Shown piece after piece: positions 63,652 through 64,000 of a DNA stretch of 64,000 nt. Position numbers and translations under genes: made by a program. Below the pieces are notes generated by a model. It was not told the DNA's origin, did no database searches, and saw only the letters and a program-made list of their open reading frames with translations. This DNA is from Styela clava (lineage: Eukaryota). Location of the stretch: NCBI RefSeq assembly GCF_964204865.1, contig NC_135257.1:13392001-13456000 (forward strand), written 5' to 3'. Within the stretch, counting starts at the first letter, position 1, and the number at the start of each line of letters is the position of its first letter.

Positions 63652-64000
63652 TAACACTAAGTGTAAATAATGACTTACAATAACTTACTGTATTCAGATA
63701 TTAGTATGTACCATAGCCCAGTAGTCTCATATTACTGTACCGGTATTACAGTATTAACTGCTGCTGTTGCCAGACTGCAGTATTGTGATCACAACATGCA
63801 GATATGCATACCATACACCTCTGTGAAGCTAGCAGCAAAACACGAAATTGTGACTGACAGAATCGCAGAAAATACCCACGCGTAAAATTAAATGTTCCCA
63901 ATGATTTTTATAAGAAAGTGTATATTTTGATTATTTTCACAATAGCAATTAAAGCAAAACAATCATTAACTACACTCCTCGTATTGTTAATATATGGTAA

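Overview
AT-rich eukaryotic (animal) genomic DNA with short GT-AG introns. The style (compact introns, chordate-like orthologues, many MITEs) is compatible with an invertebrate chordate such as an ascidian, but that assignment is inference only. Almost all supplied ORFs are fragments or spurious; the real genes appear only after manual splicing. Contents: (1) 1-13.9 kb, a tandem array of ~2.6-kb units on the minus strand, each a 6-exon gene for a secreted ~210-aa divergent lipocalin (three intact copies, one pseudogene with a hAT/Buster insertion just upstream, one ATG-only remnant, and the upstream flank of a further copy outside the window); (2) the 3' half of PIBF1 (+, 8 exons, 15.9-21.4 kb), with no 5' half found, so the lipocalin array probably lies antisense inside a PIBF1 intron; (3) an SH3BP5-family gene (-) with an inferred N-terminal extension; (4) a 4.1-kb Foldback/Mutator-like palindromic element with a 9-bp TSD and an internal ~194-bp satellite; (5) a canonical ApoD-like lipocalin (+, 43.5-45.5 kb) with the same exon phases as the array; (6) a small secreted protein with FN3 + LDLa + thyroglobulin type-1 domains, plus a decayed duplicate; (7) AATF (-) directly downstream of an intronless IK/RED gene (-); (8) several hAT elements, MITEs, a THAP remnant and a tRNA-derived SINE. 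Paralogue comparisons also show recurrent TA-(CCG/CGG/CCGG/GGCC/GG)-TA micro-insertions that look like DNA-transposon excision footprints. All protein identities come from manual translation and recalled family motifs; no database search was run.
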